Numbered from the stretch's first letter, positions 18,802 through 28,506 are shown. The stretch is DNA of 64,000 nt from Candidatus Limiplasma sp. (GCA_963675925.2 CAXXIB010000002.1:77558-141557), one strand, 5' to 3'. Program-made: numbers and translations. Notes: a model not told the origin generated them from the letters alone.

Positions 18802-20181
18802 TTATTTCGTTTCCTCCTCCCCTGCCAGCAGCAAAATAGCACGAGCAAATATTTTTGCATTGAGCAGCAGGGTTTCGATTTTGATATACTCATCCGCCTG
18901 GTGGGCGGTTTCCGGCTCGCCCGGGAACAGTGCGCCAAATGCTACACCCTCCTCCAGGCAACGGGCATAGGTGCCACCGCCGATTGCAACGCACTCTCGT
19001 GCACGGCCGGTTTGTACATAGTAGGCTTCCAGCAGCGCTGTGACCAGCTTGCTTTTGGGCGATACATGGTGCGGCTCCTTGAAATGCAGGGTTTCCACTG
19101 TGAACGCTTCACCCAGTGTGGCTTCAATGGTTTCGATAATGCGCTTGCCATTGCAAAGCAGCGGATAGCGCATATCAATTTCGGCATACAGGCCCTGCTC
19201 GTCGTAGTGCAGCACCCCAAGGTTCAGTGTCAGCTCGCCGCTGGTCTCATCCTTGCACTTGATGCCAAGACTTTCGCCATCAAACTCCGGGCCGATACTG
19301 TCGGCCAGAGTTTTCAGTGGGCCCTGCACGCCGATGGCACGCAGCATGAGCAATAGCTCGCCCAGCGCGTTTTTCGCACTTTCCGGCATGGACGCATGCC
19401 CCGCGATGCCTTTAGCCGACAGCAAAATCCCGTTATCGGTTTCCTCAGCTTCCACGGAAACCGTCATCTGCTTGGCCAGGTTGTTGATCTCTGCGCAAAG
19501 CGCCGCATCGCCCTTGATCATCGCTGCTGCTTTACCGGGGATTACGTTATGCCGCTCACCCACGGCAATGGACTGCACCATCAGCCCCTCCGTGGCGGGC
19601 TTTGCACGCAGTGCTAGGGCAATCAAGCCTTTTTCCGTGTTGATGACGGGGTACATCGCATCCGGGCTGAAGCCCTCTTTGGGCATCTCAGCATGTTCCT
19701 GATAATAGGCCATGTCCTCCATGCCGCTTTCTTCATCGCAGCCTAAAATCAGGCGGACTTCACGGCGCAGCGGTTTACCGGACTCCAACACCGCTTTCAT
19801 AGCATACAGGGCAGCCACAGCCGGGCCCTTATCATCAATCGCGCCACGGCCGATGATTTTTTCATCGTCTGTCACGCCTGCAAACGAGTCCACTGTCCAG
19901 CCATCGCCCACCGGGACGATATCCAGATGGGTCAAAATGCCCAGCGGATTTACACCAGCCGGGCCCATGCTGATGTCTCCGGCATACCCGTCCAAATCAC
20001 GGACCTGAAAGCCCATGGTCTGTCCGTCGGCCAGCGCCGTATTCAGGGCTTTTCGCACCTCTTGCCCAAAGGGTGCGTTCGGCGCGGCATCGCTTTTCAG
20101 GCTGGGGTGTGACAGCCACTTTTGCAGGGTTTGTATCATGTCGCCTTTGTGTTCGTCAATCCATTGGTTGATGTTTTCCAT
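18802..20181 (-). CDS. pepV: M20-family dipeptidase (PepV/Sapep type)
   Basis: The metal- and catalytic-site motifs THLDIVPVG, GRGAIDDKGP and GCDEESG are present. Confidence 0.88.
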   Translation of the reverse strand: MENINQWIDEHKGDMIQTLQKWLSHPSLKSDAAPNAPFGQEVRKALNTALADGQTMGFQVRDLDGYAGDISMGPAGVNPLGILTHLDIVPVGDGWTVDSFAGVTDDEKIIGRGAIDDKGPAVAALYAMKAVLESGKPLRREVRLILGCDEESGMEDMAYYQEHAEMPKEGFSPDAMYPVINTEKGLIALALRAKPATEGLMVQSIAVGERHNVIPGKAAAMIKGDAALCAEINNLAKQMTVSVEAEETDNGILLSAKGIAGHASMPESAKNALGELLLMLRAIGVQGPLKTLADSIGPEFDGESLGIKCKDETSGELTLNLGVLHYDEQGLYAEIDMRYPLLCNGKRIIETIEATLGEAFTVETLHFKEPHHVSPKSKLVTALLEAYYVQTGRARECVAIGGGTYARCLEEGVAFGALFPGEPETAHQADEYIKIETLLLNAKIFARAILLLAGEEETK

Positions 20182-20192
20182 CGTGTCCTCCG

Positions 20193-21383
20193 TTATGTGC
20201 GGGCGTGCTTTTTCACGGCACGCTCCAAAAGTTTAAGTGCTTCCAGGGTCTGGCTGTGCGGACATGCGAAGTTAATCCGCAGGAACCCGTCGCCATGTTC
20301 CCGGTCAAAGAATGTACCTTCCATCAGAGCTACGCCCTCTTCATAGGTCGCGTCCATCAGTTCCTTGCCGGACAGGCCATAGGCACGTAAGTCAATCCAG
20401 CCCATGTAGGTGGCCTCAATCGGCGAAAGTATGGCCTTGGGTAAGCGCTCGGCCAGTTCCCGCTGTAACAGCGCGCGGGCTTCGTGCAGGTATTTCATCA
20501 GCCCGGTCAGCCAGGCATCCCCGTGGGTGTATGCAGCCTGGGTTGCCTCCAGCGCAAAGATATTCTCGCCGGATGCGCCCACATGGTCCATGAACTTGGT
20601 AATCGCCGTTTTAATCGCCTGGTTGCGGGTGAGCAGCACCGCCTGCCGCAGCCCCGCGATGTTAAAGGTCTTGGTGGCACTTGTCAGCACCGCAATCTTA
20701 GCATCTTTGGCCTCATCCAGCAACAGCATGGAGGTAAACGCGGCGTTATCATACACAAAGCCGGCGTGAATTTCATCGGAAAGCAGAATGGTGCCGTAAC
20801 GCTTGCAAAGCGCGTAGATATGCTCCAGTTCCTCGCGTGTCCACACACGCCCGATGGGGTTGTGCGGGCTGCAAATCATCATCAGCTTCACGCCCGTGCC
20901 AAGCTGCGCTTCCAGCTGCGCAAAGTTGATGCTGTAGCGCCCTTCCTGATCCCGAATCAGCGTGTTGGGGATAATCTTGCGCCCGTTGGCAATGGCAGAG
21001 GAGAAAAACGGCCCGTACACAGGCGGCTGAATCAGAATAGAATCCCCGGGCTCGGTCAGCGAAAGGATGGCGGCTTTCATACCGGTAACCACGCAGGGAA
21101 TGGTCGCCTGCTCGTCGCTTGTCAGCTGCAGCCCCTGATGGCGCTTGTAATAGGCCAGCATCGCTTCTACTGCTTCATCACGCTGGAATGTATAGCCGTA
21201 TATGGGGTGCTCGGCGCGGGCTTTCATCGCGTCGACTATCTCCTGCGCGCAGCGGATATCCATGTCCGCCACCCACATGGGCAGCAGGCCATCCTTTTCC
21301 CGTTCCCATAATTTGTCCCACTTTTCGCACGATGTACAGCAGCGGTCAATGGGGCCATCAAAAAACGCGGTATTGTATTTCAT
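20193..21383 (-). CDS. PLP-dependent C-S lyase (MalY/PatB-type cystathionine beta-lyase, aminotransferase class I/II)
   Basis: The N-terminus reads ...DRCCTSCEKWD...LPMWVADMD. The aminotransferase fold includes SATKTFNIAGL. Confidence 0.85.
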   Translation of the reverse strand: MKYNTAFFDGPIDRCCTSCEKWDKLWEREKDGLLPMWVADMDIRCAQEIVDAMKARAEHPIYGYTFQRDEAVEAMLAYYKRHQGLQLTSDEQATIPCVVTGMKAAILSLTEPGDSILIQPPVYGPFFSSAIANGRKIIPNTLIRDQEGRYSINFAQLEAQLGTGVKLMMICSPHNPIGRVWTREELEHIYALCKRYGTILLSDEIHAGFVYDNAAFTSMLLLDEAKDAKIAVLTSATKTFNIAGLRQAVLLTRNQAIKTAITKFMDHVGASGENIFALEATQAAYTHGDAWLTGLMKYLHEARALLQRELAERLPKAILSPIEATYMGWIDLRAYGLSGKELMDATYEEGVALMEGTFFDREHGDGFLRINFACPHSQTLEALKLLERAVKKHART

Positions 21384-22009
21384 TGCTCTGCTCTTTTCTG
21401 CTCTGCGTCAGACAGGGCGTGCTCACAGCGGATTACCCAGAATCCGCCTTTTTTTGCTACGGTTTCCACGGTTGCAAACAGGGTTTTGAGATAATTCAGT
21501 GCAGACGGCGCCCCTTGCTGCTTGCGGATGACGAGTATAAACTGCCCCCCGGCCCTAAGCGCTTTGGCGGCGTCTGCAAACATGCGATAGATAACCTGCT
21601 TCCCGGCACGGATTGGCGGGTTGGTCACAATCAAGTCAAAGCTTTGGTCTTTCACGGCGGCAAACCCGTCGCCCTGTAGTACGGTGGCGGATACGCCGTT
21701 TTCCTTTGCGTTTGTCTGTGCCAGCGCTACGGCGCGGTCGTTGATATCGACCATCGTTAGGGTTGTTCCGGGGTTTGCTTTCTGAAGGCTCACACCAATG
21801 GCTCCATAGCCGCAGCCCATATCCAGCACATCGCCGGTTATCGTCTGGGGCAGCATATGAAGCAGCACCGCCGATCCCTTATCGATCTCCGTGCGGGAAA
21901 ACACACCGCTGTCGGTGTGGAAGGTCAAGCTATGCCCGCGGTAGAGGGTATCTACCGTTCGTGGTTTATGTTCGCTTTCCGGTGTTTGGGTAAAATAATG
22001 GTCAGCCAT
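21380..22009 (-). CDS. Class I SAM-dependent methyltransferase (RsmC/RlmG small-domain type)
   Basis: The start is taken at MADHYF (an alternative lies 9 nt upstream). Motifs are DMGCGYGAIG and VTNPPIRAGK. Confidence 0.8.
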   Translation of the reverse strand: MADHYFTQTPESEHKPRTVDTLYRGHSLTFHTDSGVFSRTEIDKGSAVLLHMLPQTITGDVLDMGCGYGAIGVSLQKANPGTTLTMVDINDRAVALAQTNAKENGVSATVLQGDGFAAVKDQSFDLIVTNPPIRAGKQVIYRMFADAAKALRAGGQFILVIRKQQGAPSALNYLKTLFATVETVAKKGGFWVIRCEHALSDAEQKRAEQ

Positions 22010-22745
22010 GGTTTTCATCCTTATCCATCCAGGCCGCACTGTGCAGCGCGGCGACCTCGTCCTCCCGCAGCGCTCGGTACTGGCCGCAGGGGATATCCAG
22101 TGCAATCGGACCAAACGCCTGCCTGTGCAGCGCGGCAACCTGCAGCCCAAGCTTGGAAACCATACGCTTGATTTGGTGATACTTTCCTTCACGGATACGC
22201 ACCACAGCGCGGCTCATGACGGGAGAGGCTTCTTCAATCAACAATTCAGCCGAAAGTGCTGTAAAATCCTTCAGCGCTATGCCTTCCCGAAACAAGGCGC
22301 AGTGCTCGACCGTGAGTTCTCCGTCCACCGTAACAAGGTACTCTTTCCATACATGGGTTTTTGGCGCAAGTAGGCGGTGGTTTAGCTGCCCGTCGTTGGT
22401 GAAAAGCAACAGCCCCGTGGTGTCCTTATCCAGACGGCCAACGGGCATTACGCCACGTATAAGAGCAGCAGGCGGCAGTAATTCCATCACGGTTTGGGCC
22501 TTGCGGTCGCGTGCTGCGGTTAGCAGGCCCGCCGGTTTATGCAGCATCAGGTACTGAAACGGCGTATCCGTAAGCCTTTGCCCATCCAGGCACACCGCCG
22601 CTGCTTCGGTATCGGCTTTGAACGCGGGATTGCGCTGCACCGCGCCATCGACCGTAACATGGCCCGCACGGATCAGCTTGCCCGCATCGCTGCGGGAGCG
22701 TTCGCCGGTTTGGGCCAGCAGTTTATCCAGTCTCGTTGCTGCCAT
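22002..22745 (-). CDS. Pseudouridine synthase, RsuA/RluB family (S4 domain plus catalytic domain)
   Basis: The S4 N-terminus is RLDKLLA..G..SR, and the catalytic motif is GRLDKDTTGLLLFTNDG. Confidence 0.88.
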   Translation of the reverse strand: MAATRLDKLLAQTGERSRSDAGKLIRAGHVTVDGAVQRNPAFKADTEAAAVCLDGQRLTDTPFQYLMLHKPAGLLTAARDRKAQTVMELLPPAALIRGVMPVGRLDKDTTGLLLFTNDGQLNHRLLAPKTHVWKEYLVTVDGELTVEHCALFREGIALKDFTALSAELLIEEASPVMSRAVVRIREGKYHQIKRMVSKLGLQVAALHRQAFGPIALDIPCGQYRALREDEVAALHSAAWMDKDENHG

Positions 22746-22748
22746 ACG

Positions 22749-23801
22749 TTAACGCGGGTATCGCTCGCCCTGTACCGGCGTGTCCTGATACAGCGGCGGG
22801 TTTGCGTCCTGTGTGCTCGGCGTTCCGTTTTGCATCTGCCCGTTTTGGCTGCGCAGTCGCGCGGTCGCAAAGCGCGATGTAAGTATGCGGCGTACAGGCG
22901 CAAGCGGCAGCCAGCAGGCCAGCAAGAGCAGCGATAGCGTGGCAAAGGGCACCGTAAGCTCCGGCAAGGAACCTTCACCGGTGATGAGATCAAGCATGCG
23001 CAGGAGGAAATCGGTCGTAGTATCCCTGGGCGCAAAATGTTGATACAGCACAATCAGTACGGGGCTTAATAGCAGTAAGTTGACTAGCGCAACCAGCAGT
23101 TGCTGCCAGCGCCTGCGCCGCAGAGAACGCGATATTTCCCGCTTCGGATTTTTATCCAGCAGTGTAGCCTCCGCCCAGATATAGCGGTACGCGCTATTGC
23201 GCACCATACCAAGCAAGAACAGCGCTGCACATATCCCTGCAATGATCAAAAGGAAGACAACACCTTCGCCAAGCCCGCCCGGCATATTGCTTTGCGTGCC
23301 GCCAAACAGACCTTTGATGAAATTTGTAATTCCCTGCCAAACCGCCGTGACCGATCGGCCAAACGAGTCGAGGGCCGCAACCGGTTTGGTAAACGCATCA
23401 TCACCAGCGCCCATAACGTACAGCACTGCACCAAAGGCCAGCATTGGGATGGCCCATTTTAGCATATGGAGCAGATACACTACCCCTTCGGCTAGTTTTT
23501 CCCCATACAGAGAAAACCCAAACGCCCTCTGCAAGGAAAACGGAATGCCCCGGCTGTGATCGGATAGCGCTTGCGCAAAGCTGAAACGCAGCGGCATTAC
23601 TATGAAAATAAACAATACAGGGCTTAGCAGCGACAGCCACCGCAGGGGTGACCCTTCCGCAGACCAAACCAGCGCACCCAGCGGCAAGAGGGTCAATATA
23701 AACAGCACCCCCGCCAGCAACGCATGCAGCAGCAGGTACCCATAGAACACAATGGGGTTTTGCACTCCGGAACGCCCGGACCCGCGTCTGACAAACTGCA
23801 T
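22749..23801 (-). CDS. Hypothetical polytopic membrane protein
   Basis: The 350-aa protein has at least six hydrophobic helices and a polar Q/N/P-rich C-tail. I recognise no family motif. Confidence 0.55.
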   Translation of the reverse strand: MQFVRRGSGRSGVQNPIVFYGYLLLHALLAGVLFILTLLPLGALVWSAEGSPLRWLSLLSPVLFIFIVMPLRFSFAQALSDHSRGIPFSLQRAFGFSLYGEKLAEGVVYLLHMLKWAIPMLAFGAVLYVMGAGDDAFTKPVAALDSFGRSVTAVWQGITNFIKGLFGGTQSNMPGGLGEGVVFLLIIAGICAALFLLGMVRNSAYRYIWAEATLLDKNPKREISRSLRRRRWQQLLVALVNLLLLSPVLIVLYQHFAPRDTTTDFLLRMLDLITGEGSLPELTVPFATLSLLLLACWLPLAPVRRILTSRFATARLRSQNGQMQNGTPSTQDANPPLYQDTPVQGERYPR

Positions 23802-23827
23802 TGGTATTCCTCCGTATTCTCCGCCGC

Positions 23828-24874
23828 CTAGTGCAGCAGATTCGCGCTCATGGCAATCCAGCGTGGTGTATTGTTATACAGGTTCTTCAGCGCCTGCAGC
23901 ATCGCATCGGTTGGGCGGATACAAAGCATAGAGGCCATCACCGCTTCTAGCTCTTGAAAGGATACATTCTGCTTGACCAGAAAGCGCAGGTCATCGGCGG
24001 CTTCATCCGCGCGCCATTCAGGCCGCATGTTGCCGTAGAGCTCGTTTTGCATGGCTTCGCTAATGGCCACTTCTTCGGAAAGCATTCCGTTCATGCCGCC
24101 CAGCAGTGATTCCTCCGTGAGTGTAATGGCGGCGTTCACCCTGCCCCCAAGCGTCCACAGCAGGCGGTAGGGGTCCGCCAGCGCGGGGTGCAGCAGCACC
24201 AGCTGACGGCTATCGTCGACAATATACTCAAAGCTTGCTTTGATGTAACGGTCCGCAATGACCGTTGCCCAATCGGCTTCAGATTCGAGCACATCCCGCT
24301 TGAACATCTCATGCGGCTGATGAGCGGGCAAAAACCCGGTGATATACAAAAGACCGTGAATGGTGACATCGTACCGGAAGGTGCGGGTGCGTGCGCTGGA
24401 GTGTTCCTCCTTGGAGAACGCTTTCATCAGGGGCTCGCGCAAATCCTGGGCCAATTCCAGCGTCCAGGCATCGCCGCCGGACTGGAAAAAGCACCACAGC
24501 CTGCGCTGAAGCGCTTCTGCGGCGGGGATCTCCTCCCAGTTTTTCGAGGTCAAACGACCGCCGTTGAGCAGAAGCTGTTCCAGCAGCGCATTTTCGGCTG
24601 AGGACAGGTAGTGCACTTCGTGGGGTAAAAGCTTCATCACCTCGGCGCGCAGCGATTCCACCGTCACCAGCTTGTCGCCCCGCGCTTCGGATGCGAAAAA
24701 GGATTGCTCAAACAACTGCTGGGCAAAGGTATTGCTTGCCAGCGGCGAAAAAAGGCTGAACTGTAGTGTATTGGCTAAACGGCGCTCGCACGCCTCAAAC
24801 TGTTTTTCCCGCAGGATACTGAGGGTTTTGTCCGCCCAGTCCTGCTCAAGGGTCAGACCTGATTCTCTCAACAT
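23828..24874 (-). CDS. Hypothetical soluble protein
   Basis: The 348-aa protein looks helical and has no TM segment, signal peptide or motif that I recognise. It is tightly spaced between ilvE and the membrane protein. Confidence 0.5.
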   Translation of the reverse strand: MLRESGLTLEQDWADKTLSILREKQFEACERRLANTLQFSLFSPLASNTFAQQLFEQSFFASEARGDKLVTVESLRAEVMKLLPHEVHYLSSAENALLEQLLLNGGRLTSKNWEEIPAAEALQRRLWCFFQSGGDAWTLELAQDLREPLMKAFSKEEHSSARTRTFRYDVTIHGLLYITGFLPAHQPHEMFKRDVLESEADWATVIADRYIKASFEYIVDDSRQLVLLHPALADPYRLLWTLGGRVNAAITLTEESLLGGMNGMLSEEVAISEAMQNELYGNMRPEWRADEAADDLRFLVKQNVSFQELEAVMASMLCIRPTDAMLQALKNLYNNTPRWIAMSANLLH

Positions 24875-24905
24875 GGTATTGCCTCGTGTGCTACGTTAGT
24901 GTCTG

Positions 24906-25979
24906 TTACGGTACCGGTGTAATCCAATGGAAGGGATCGTCCACTTTGCCATACTGGATTCCGGTAAGGGTGTCGTATATTTTGCGGGCAATCGGGCCGA
25001 TGGCGTTATCCCCAATCAGAACCTCTTCCCCTTTGTAGAATATCTTGTTCACGGGCGAGATCACCGCCGCGGTGCCGGTGCCAAACGCCTCGGTAATCTT
25101 GCCGCTCTTTGCACCTTCAATTACCTCGTCAATGGGCACAGGGCGTTCTTGGGTTTCGTAGCCCAGATGCTTGGCAAGCTTCAAGGTGGAATCCCGCGTG
25201 ATCCCCGACAGGATACTGCCGTTGAGCACAGGGGTAACCAGCGTTTTTCCTTCGTAGACGAACATCATGTTCATCGCGCCGACTTCTTCCACGTAGCGCT
25301 GCTCCACACCGTCCAGCCAAAGCACCTGCGCATAACCCAGTTTTTTGGCTTTCATACCGGCCAGAATGCTGGCGGAATAGTTGCCGCCTGTTTTGGCGAT
25401 GCCAACCCCGCCGCGCACCGCGCGTACGTGCTCGTCTTCCACATAAATGCCGACCGGCGCAAGGCCGCCCGCATAGTACGCGCCGCTTGGCGACAGAAGC
25501 ACATAGTACAGGTAGCTGTCCGATGCCGACACGCCAAGGTATGCCTTGGTGGCAATCATCGTGGGCCGAATATACAGGGATGCACCGTCCACATGCGGTG
25601 TCCATTCCTTATCTACGGACAAAAGCGCAAGCAGGCTTTCGATATACAAATCAACAGGCATGGTCGCCATTCCCATCCGCGCGGCCGAGCGGTTCATGCG
25701 CTCAAAATTATCGCGGATACGGAACAGGTTCATCCCGCCGTCTGCCCTGCGGTAGCACTTTGCACCTTCAAAAATCTCCTGGCTGTAATGCAGTACCGAG
25801 CTTGCGGGATGCAGCGACAGGTTTTCAAGCGGTGTCACCCTGGCATCGTGCCAGCCCTTACCTTCGCTATAGTTGATCCGCAGCATATGATCGGTGAAGA
25901 TCCTGCCAAACCCAAGCTTTGATTCATCCTCCGGTTTTGGTTTAAGGCTCTCCGCCCTGGTGATTTTGATGTCGTACAT
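24906..25979 (-). CDS. ilvE: Branched-chain amino acid aminotransferase
   Basis: The sequence is GFGRIFTDHM...LHYSQEIFEGAKCYR...NRSAARM, of the class IV aminotransferase long type. Confidence 0.92.
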   Translation of the reverse strand: MYDIKITRAESLKPKPEDESKLGFGRIFTDHMLRINYSEGKGWHDARVTPLENLSLHPASSVLHYSQEIFEGAKCYRRADGGMNLFRIRDNFERMNRSAARMGMATMPVDLYIESLLALLSVDKEWTPHVDGASLYIRPTMIATKAYLGVSASDSYLYYVLLSPSGAYYAGGLAPVGIYVEDEHVRAVRGGVGIAKTGGNYSASILAGMKAKKLGYAQVLWLDGVEQRYVEEVGAMNMMFVYEGKTLVTPVLNGSILSGITRDSTLKLAKHLGYETQERPVPIDEVIEGAKSGKITEAFGTGTAAVISPVNKIFYKGEEVLIGDNAIGPIARKIYDTLTGIQYGKVDDPFHWITPVP

Positions 25980-25997
25980 ACTGTCCCCTCCGCTCCT

Positions 25998-26996
25998 TTA
26001 TGTTCCGGACGCCGGCATGGTAATGATAATACTCCCGGCCGTATCGTCCACGGTAACGTTGATACCGGTAATGCGCACCATATCCTCCATCGGCAGGTAG
26101 AATACACCATCCAGAAGCAGTGCACTGCGGTTTTGAAGCGGCTGGGGCTGTGCGTTCTTTTCAAATACAAGGTCGCTTAAGCTGCCGTCATCACTGACCG
26201 TATAGGAAACCTGATAAAAGTCCGTAAACACGTTGAAAGCCAGTTCTTCCCCCGTATCGGTGTTGTTGGTGATAATTACATTGCCTGCGTTTTGCAGGAT
26301 CTCCGTCAAAGGAATGTAAAGCGCTTCCTCCTGCTCCACCGGATGCAAGACGGTATCCGTATCCCCAACGGTCAGCGTCTGGGTAAAGCCGTCGAACACA
26401 AAGCTGTATTCCGTCAGCAGTACAGGCGCATTGGGGTCGGGTGTCGCTGTCGGTGTAGCTGTAGGTTCTGCGGTCGCCGGTACCGGTGTTGGCGGCTCCG
26501 TTTCCGCCACTGCGGGCGCGGGCGTTGCAGGCGGCGGTGTTAAGGTAGCATCGGGGATAAACGCCGGGGTCGCGGTGATCGCGGGTTTTACACTGTCATA
26601 CTCAAACAAAATGGTTTGCGTATATTTACCGGCGATACCATCAACCGTTAACCCGTTACGCTTCTGGAACGCCTTTACGGCAAGGCTTGTTTGATTTCCG
26701 TACGCGCTATCGATATCGCCAACATCATAGCCCAAATCGAGCAGCTTTTGCTGCACCTTGCCCACCACTTCGCCCCGGTCGCCCAAGACCAATGTGCCAT
26801 AGGCCGGATTGGCGGTGATGGCTGGCGTGGGTGCAGGGGTTGCAGCGGTTGCATCCACTGTAGCCGATGCGTAAATACCTGTGGGCGAGGGTGCCGGTGA
26901 CGGCGTGATATTGGCCGTTGCCGGGTCAGGTGCAACCTGCACCGCGGAAACATACAGCATCGACATATACAAAAGTAAAGTTTTCAATAAATCCAT
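25998..26996 (-). CDS. Secreted protein: PG_binding_1 domain, Pro/Thr/Ala linkers and a copper-amine-oxidase-N-like (stalk) domain
   Basis: An ATG at 26996 follows AAGGGGAG, and the N-terminus is signal-like. The PG-binding repeat is LGDRGEVVGKVQQKLLDLGYDVGDIDSAYGNQTSLAVKAFQKRNGLTVDGIAG. The C-terminus, LLLDGVFYLPMEDMVRITG, resembles the Cu_amine_oxidN1 fold. Confidence 0.7.
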   Translation of the reverse strand: MDLLKTLLLYMSMLYVSAVQVAPDPATANITPSPAPSPTGIYASATVDATAATPAPTPAITANPAYGTLVLGDRGEVVGKVQQKLLDLGYDVGDIDSAYGNQTSLAVKAFQKRNGLTVDGIAGKYTQTILFEYDSVKPAITATPAFIPDATLTPPPATPAPAVAETEPPTPVPATAEPTATPTATPDPNAPVLLTEYSFVFDGFTQTLTVGDTDTVLHPVEQEEALYIPLTEILQNAGNVIITNNTDTGEELAFNVFTDFYQVSYTVSDDGSLSDLVFEKNAQPQPLQNRSALLLDGVFYLPMEDMVRITGINVTVDDTAGSIIITMPASGT

Positions 26997-27035
26997 CGAC
27001 GCCACTCCCCTTCACACATCAGGTATACCTCCTTG

Positions 27036-27065
27036 ATTATAGCATGTTCTACCACATCTTCGCAA
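27036..27065 (-). promoter_or_regulatory. Candidate sigma-70-type promoter for the PG-binding protein gene
   Basis: On the minus strand, TTGCGA is followed by 18 nt and then TATAAT, in the 95-nt gap after the Wzz-like gene. Confidence 0.4.
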
Positions 27066-27091
27066 TGAAACACGGGGCCGGAGCTGCGTTA

Positions 27092-28384
27092 CTATCCGGC
27101 ATTTTTATCCAGTCTTCGGTGGGCGCGAGCCTGTTTGAGCGATGCATCGGTTATCACCAGTCCCAGCGCGCCACGGTCAAGCTGGTTGATGGGGTCCAGC
27201 CACTTTCGAATCTGCGCGGGGGTCCAGCGCTTGGCGCGGATCACCGGCAGGCAGCCGTGCAGGACACCACCGATGGCGAGCCCGTCGGAAAACAGGTCGG
27301 CTTCCGGCATATCAAAGAGCACGAAATCAAACTTCACATACAGTTTTTCAAGCAGCGCGGCAAACGAAGCCGACGCCATCAACTGCGCCGCCATACTCTG
27401 GGTATGGTTCTGGTCGACAAAATACAAATTGCGAGTTGAGGTCTGCATCATCACCTGTTCAATGGGGATGTTGGAGGCCAGGCAATGGATTAAATCTCTG
27501 TCGCCCTTCACCTGCAGGAGCTGCCCAAGTCTTGGCGCATACCAGTTCATATCCACCAAAAGCACACGGCTGCCCTGGCGGCATAGTTCCTGGGCGAGCA
27601 TCACCAGAACCTCGCTTCTGTATTCCTCGTCCGTGCGCGACACGGCGGCGACGCTTCGAAGCTTGTCCTGTTTCAGGCGCATGCGCAGTTTGAGCGTAAT
27701 CAGCCGCAGTTGCTCATGCGTGTGGTATCCGGCAAAATCGTACAGCGGCGGACAGTCCTCGGGATCGAAACGCCAATAGGCGGACAGAATGTCCTTGAGA
27801 TCGGGGATCTCGGCCAGTACTGGCTGCGCAGCCGCCTCGGCAATGTCGCCGGAGCGTATCAGCCGTGTGCGCCTTATGCAGTGCAGCAACAGGAGGATGG
27901 AAAGCAGAATAAATGAACCCAGCAGTACCGCCGCAATATAGCGTTCCCGGTAAAAGCGAATCGGGCTTTCCGGGACCCCGGCGCGAACCACGGCTTTGAG
28001 AACCGGTTCGTTCATGGAGTCGTTCATGACCGTAATCAGCGTATCCGCAAGGGCGTTCGCAGCTTGGGCGGCCGCCAAATCATCCTCCGCCGAAACCTGT
28101 ACAAGCAGCAGGCTGGTGTTGCGGTAGCGGGTGACATGGCTTTGCATGGTATCGTCCCACGGGGTGCCGTCCTTCAGCGCGTCATACTGAGCCCAGCGCA
28201 TGCTTTCATCCGCCAAAGCGCTTAGCTCGTCGCTGCCGGTACGCAGCATAAGCACTTCCGCAACGGCTTCATACCGCAAAGGCATGTATACATACGCATA
28301 CACGCCCATGCCCGCCGCCAGAACGATTGATGCCAGCAGTACCCAGACCAAGCGCCGTTTCCATAGATACAATGCGGCTTTCAT
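27092..28384 (-). CDS. Wzz/CpsC-like chain-length-determinant domain fused to a degenerate CpsD/BY-kinase-like P-loop domain
   Basis: Two TM segments flank an extracytoplasmic Wzz-like segment. The C-terminal domain keeps the Walker A' motif (VLLVDMNWYAPRL) and a Walker B-like motif (DFVLFDMPE). The Walker A position reads AVSRTDEEYRSEV, and there is no C-terminal Tyr cluster. Confidence 0.6.
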   Translation of the reverse strand: MKAALYLWKRRLVWVLLASIVLAAGMGVYAYVYMPLRYEAVAEVLMLRTGSDELSALADESMRWAQYDALKDGTPWDDTMQSHVTRYRNTSLLLVQVSAEDDLAAAQAANALADTLITVMNDSMNEPVLKAVVRAGVPESPIRFYRERYIAAVLLGSFILLSILLLLHCIRRTRLIRSGDIAEAAAQPVLAEIPDLKDILSAYWRFDPEDCPPLYDFAGYHTHEQLRLITLKLRMRLKQDKLRSVAAVSRTDEEYRSEVLVMLAQELCRQGSRVLLVDMNWYAPRLGQLLQVKGDRDLIHCLASNIPIEQVMMQTSTRNLYFVDQNHTQSMAAQLMASASFAALLEKLYVKFDFVLFDMPEADLFSDGLAIGGVLHGCLPVIRAKRWTPAQIRKWLDPINQLDRGALGLVITDASLKQARAHRRLDKNAG

Positions 28385-28477
28385 GCAAACCTGGCCCCCT
28401 ATCCGCGCTTTTTTCAAAGAATATCATATCCATAGTGGGTTGGCAAGCTGTGACAGCCCTCAAATATGATATAAATG

Positions 28478-28506
28478 TTGCGAAAATTTCATATTTGTAG
28501 TATTAT
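28478..28506 (+). promoter_or_regulatory. Candidate promoter for the SH3b/FN3 protein gene
   Basis: TTGCGA is followed by 17 nt and then TATTAT, in an AT-rich divergent intergenic region. Confidence 0.45.
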
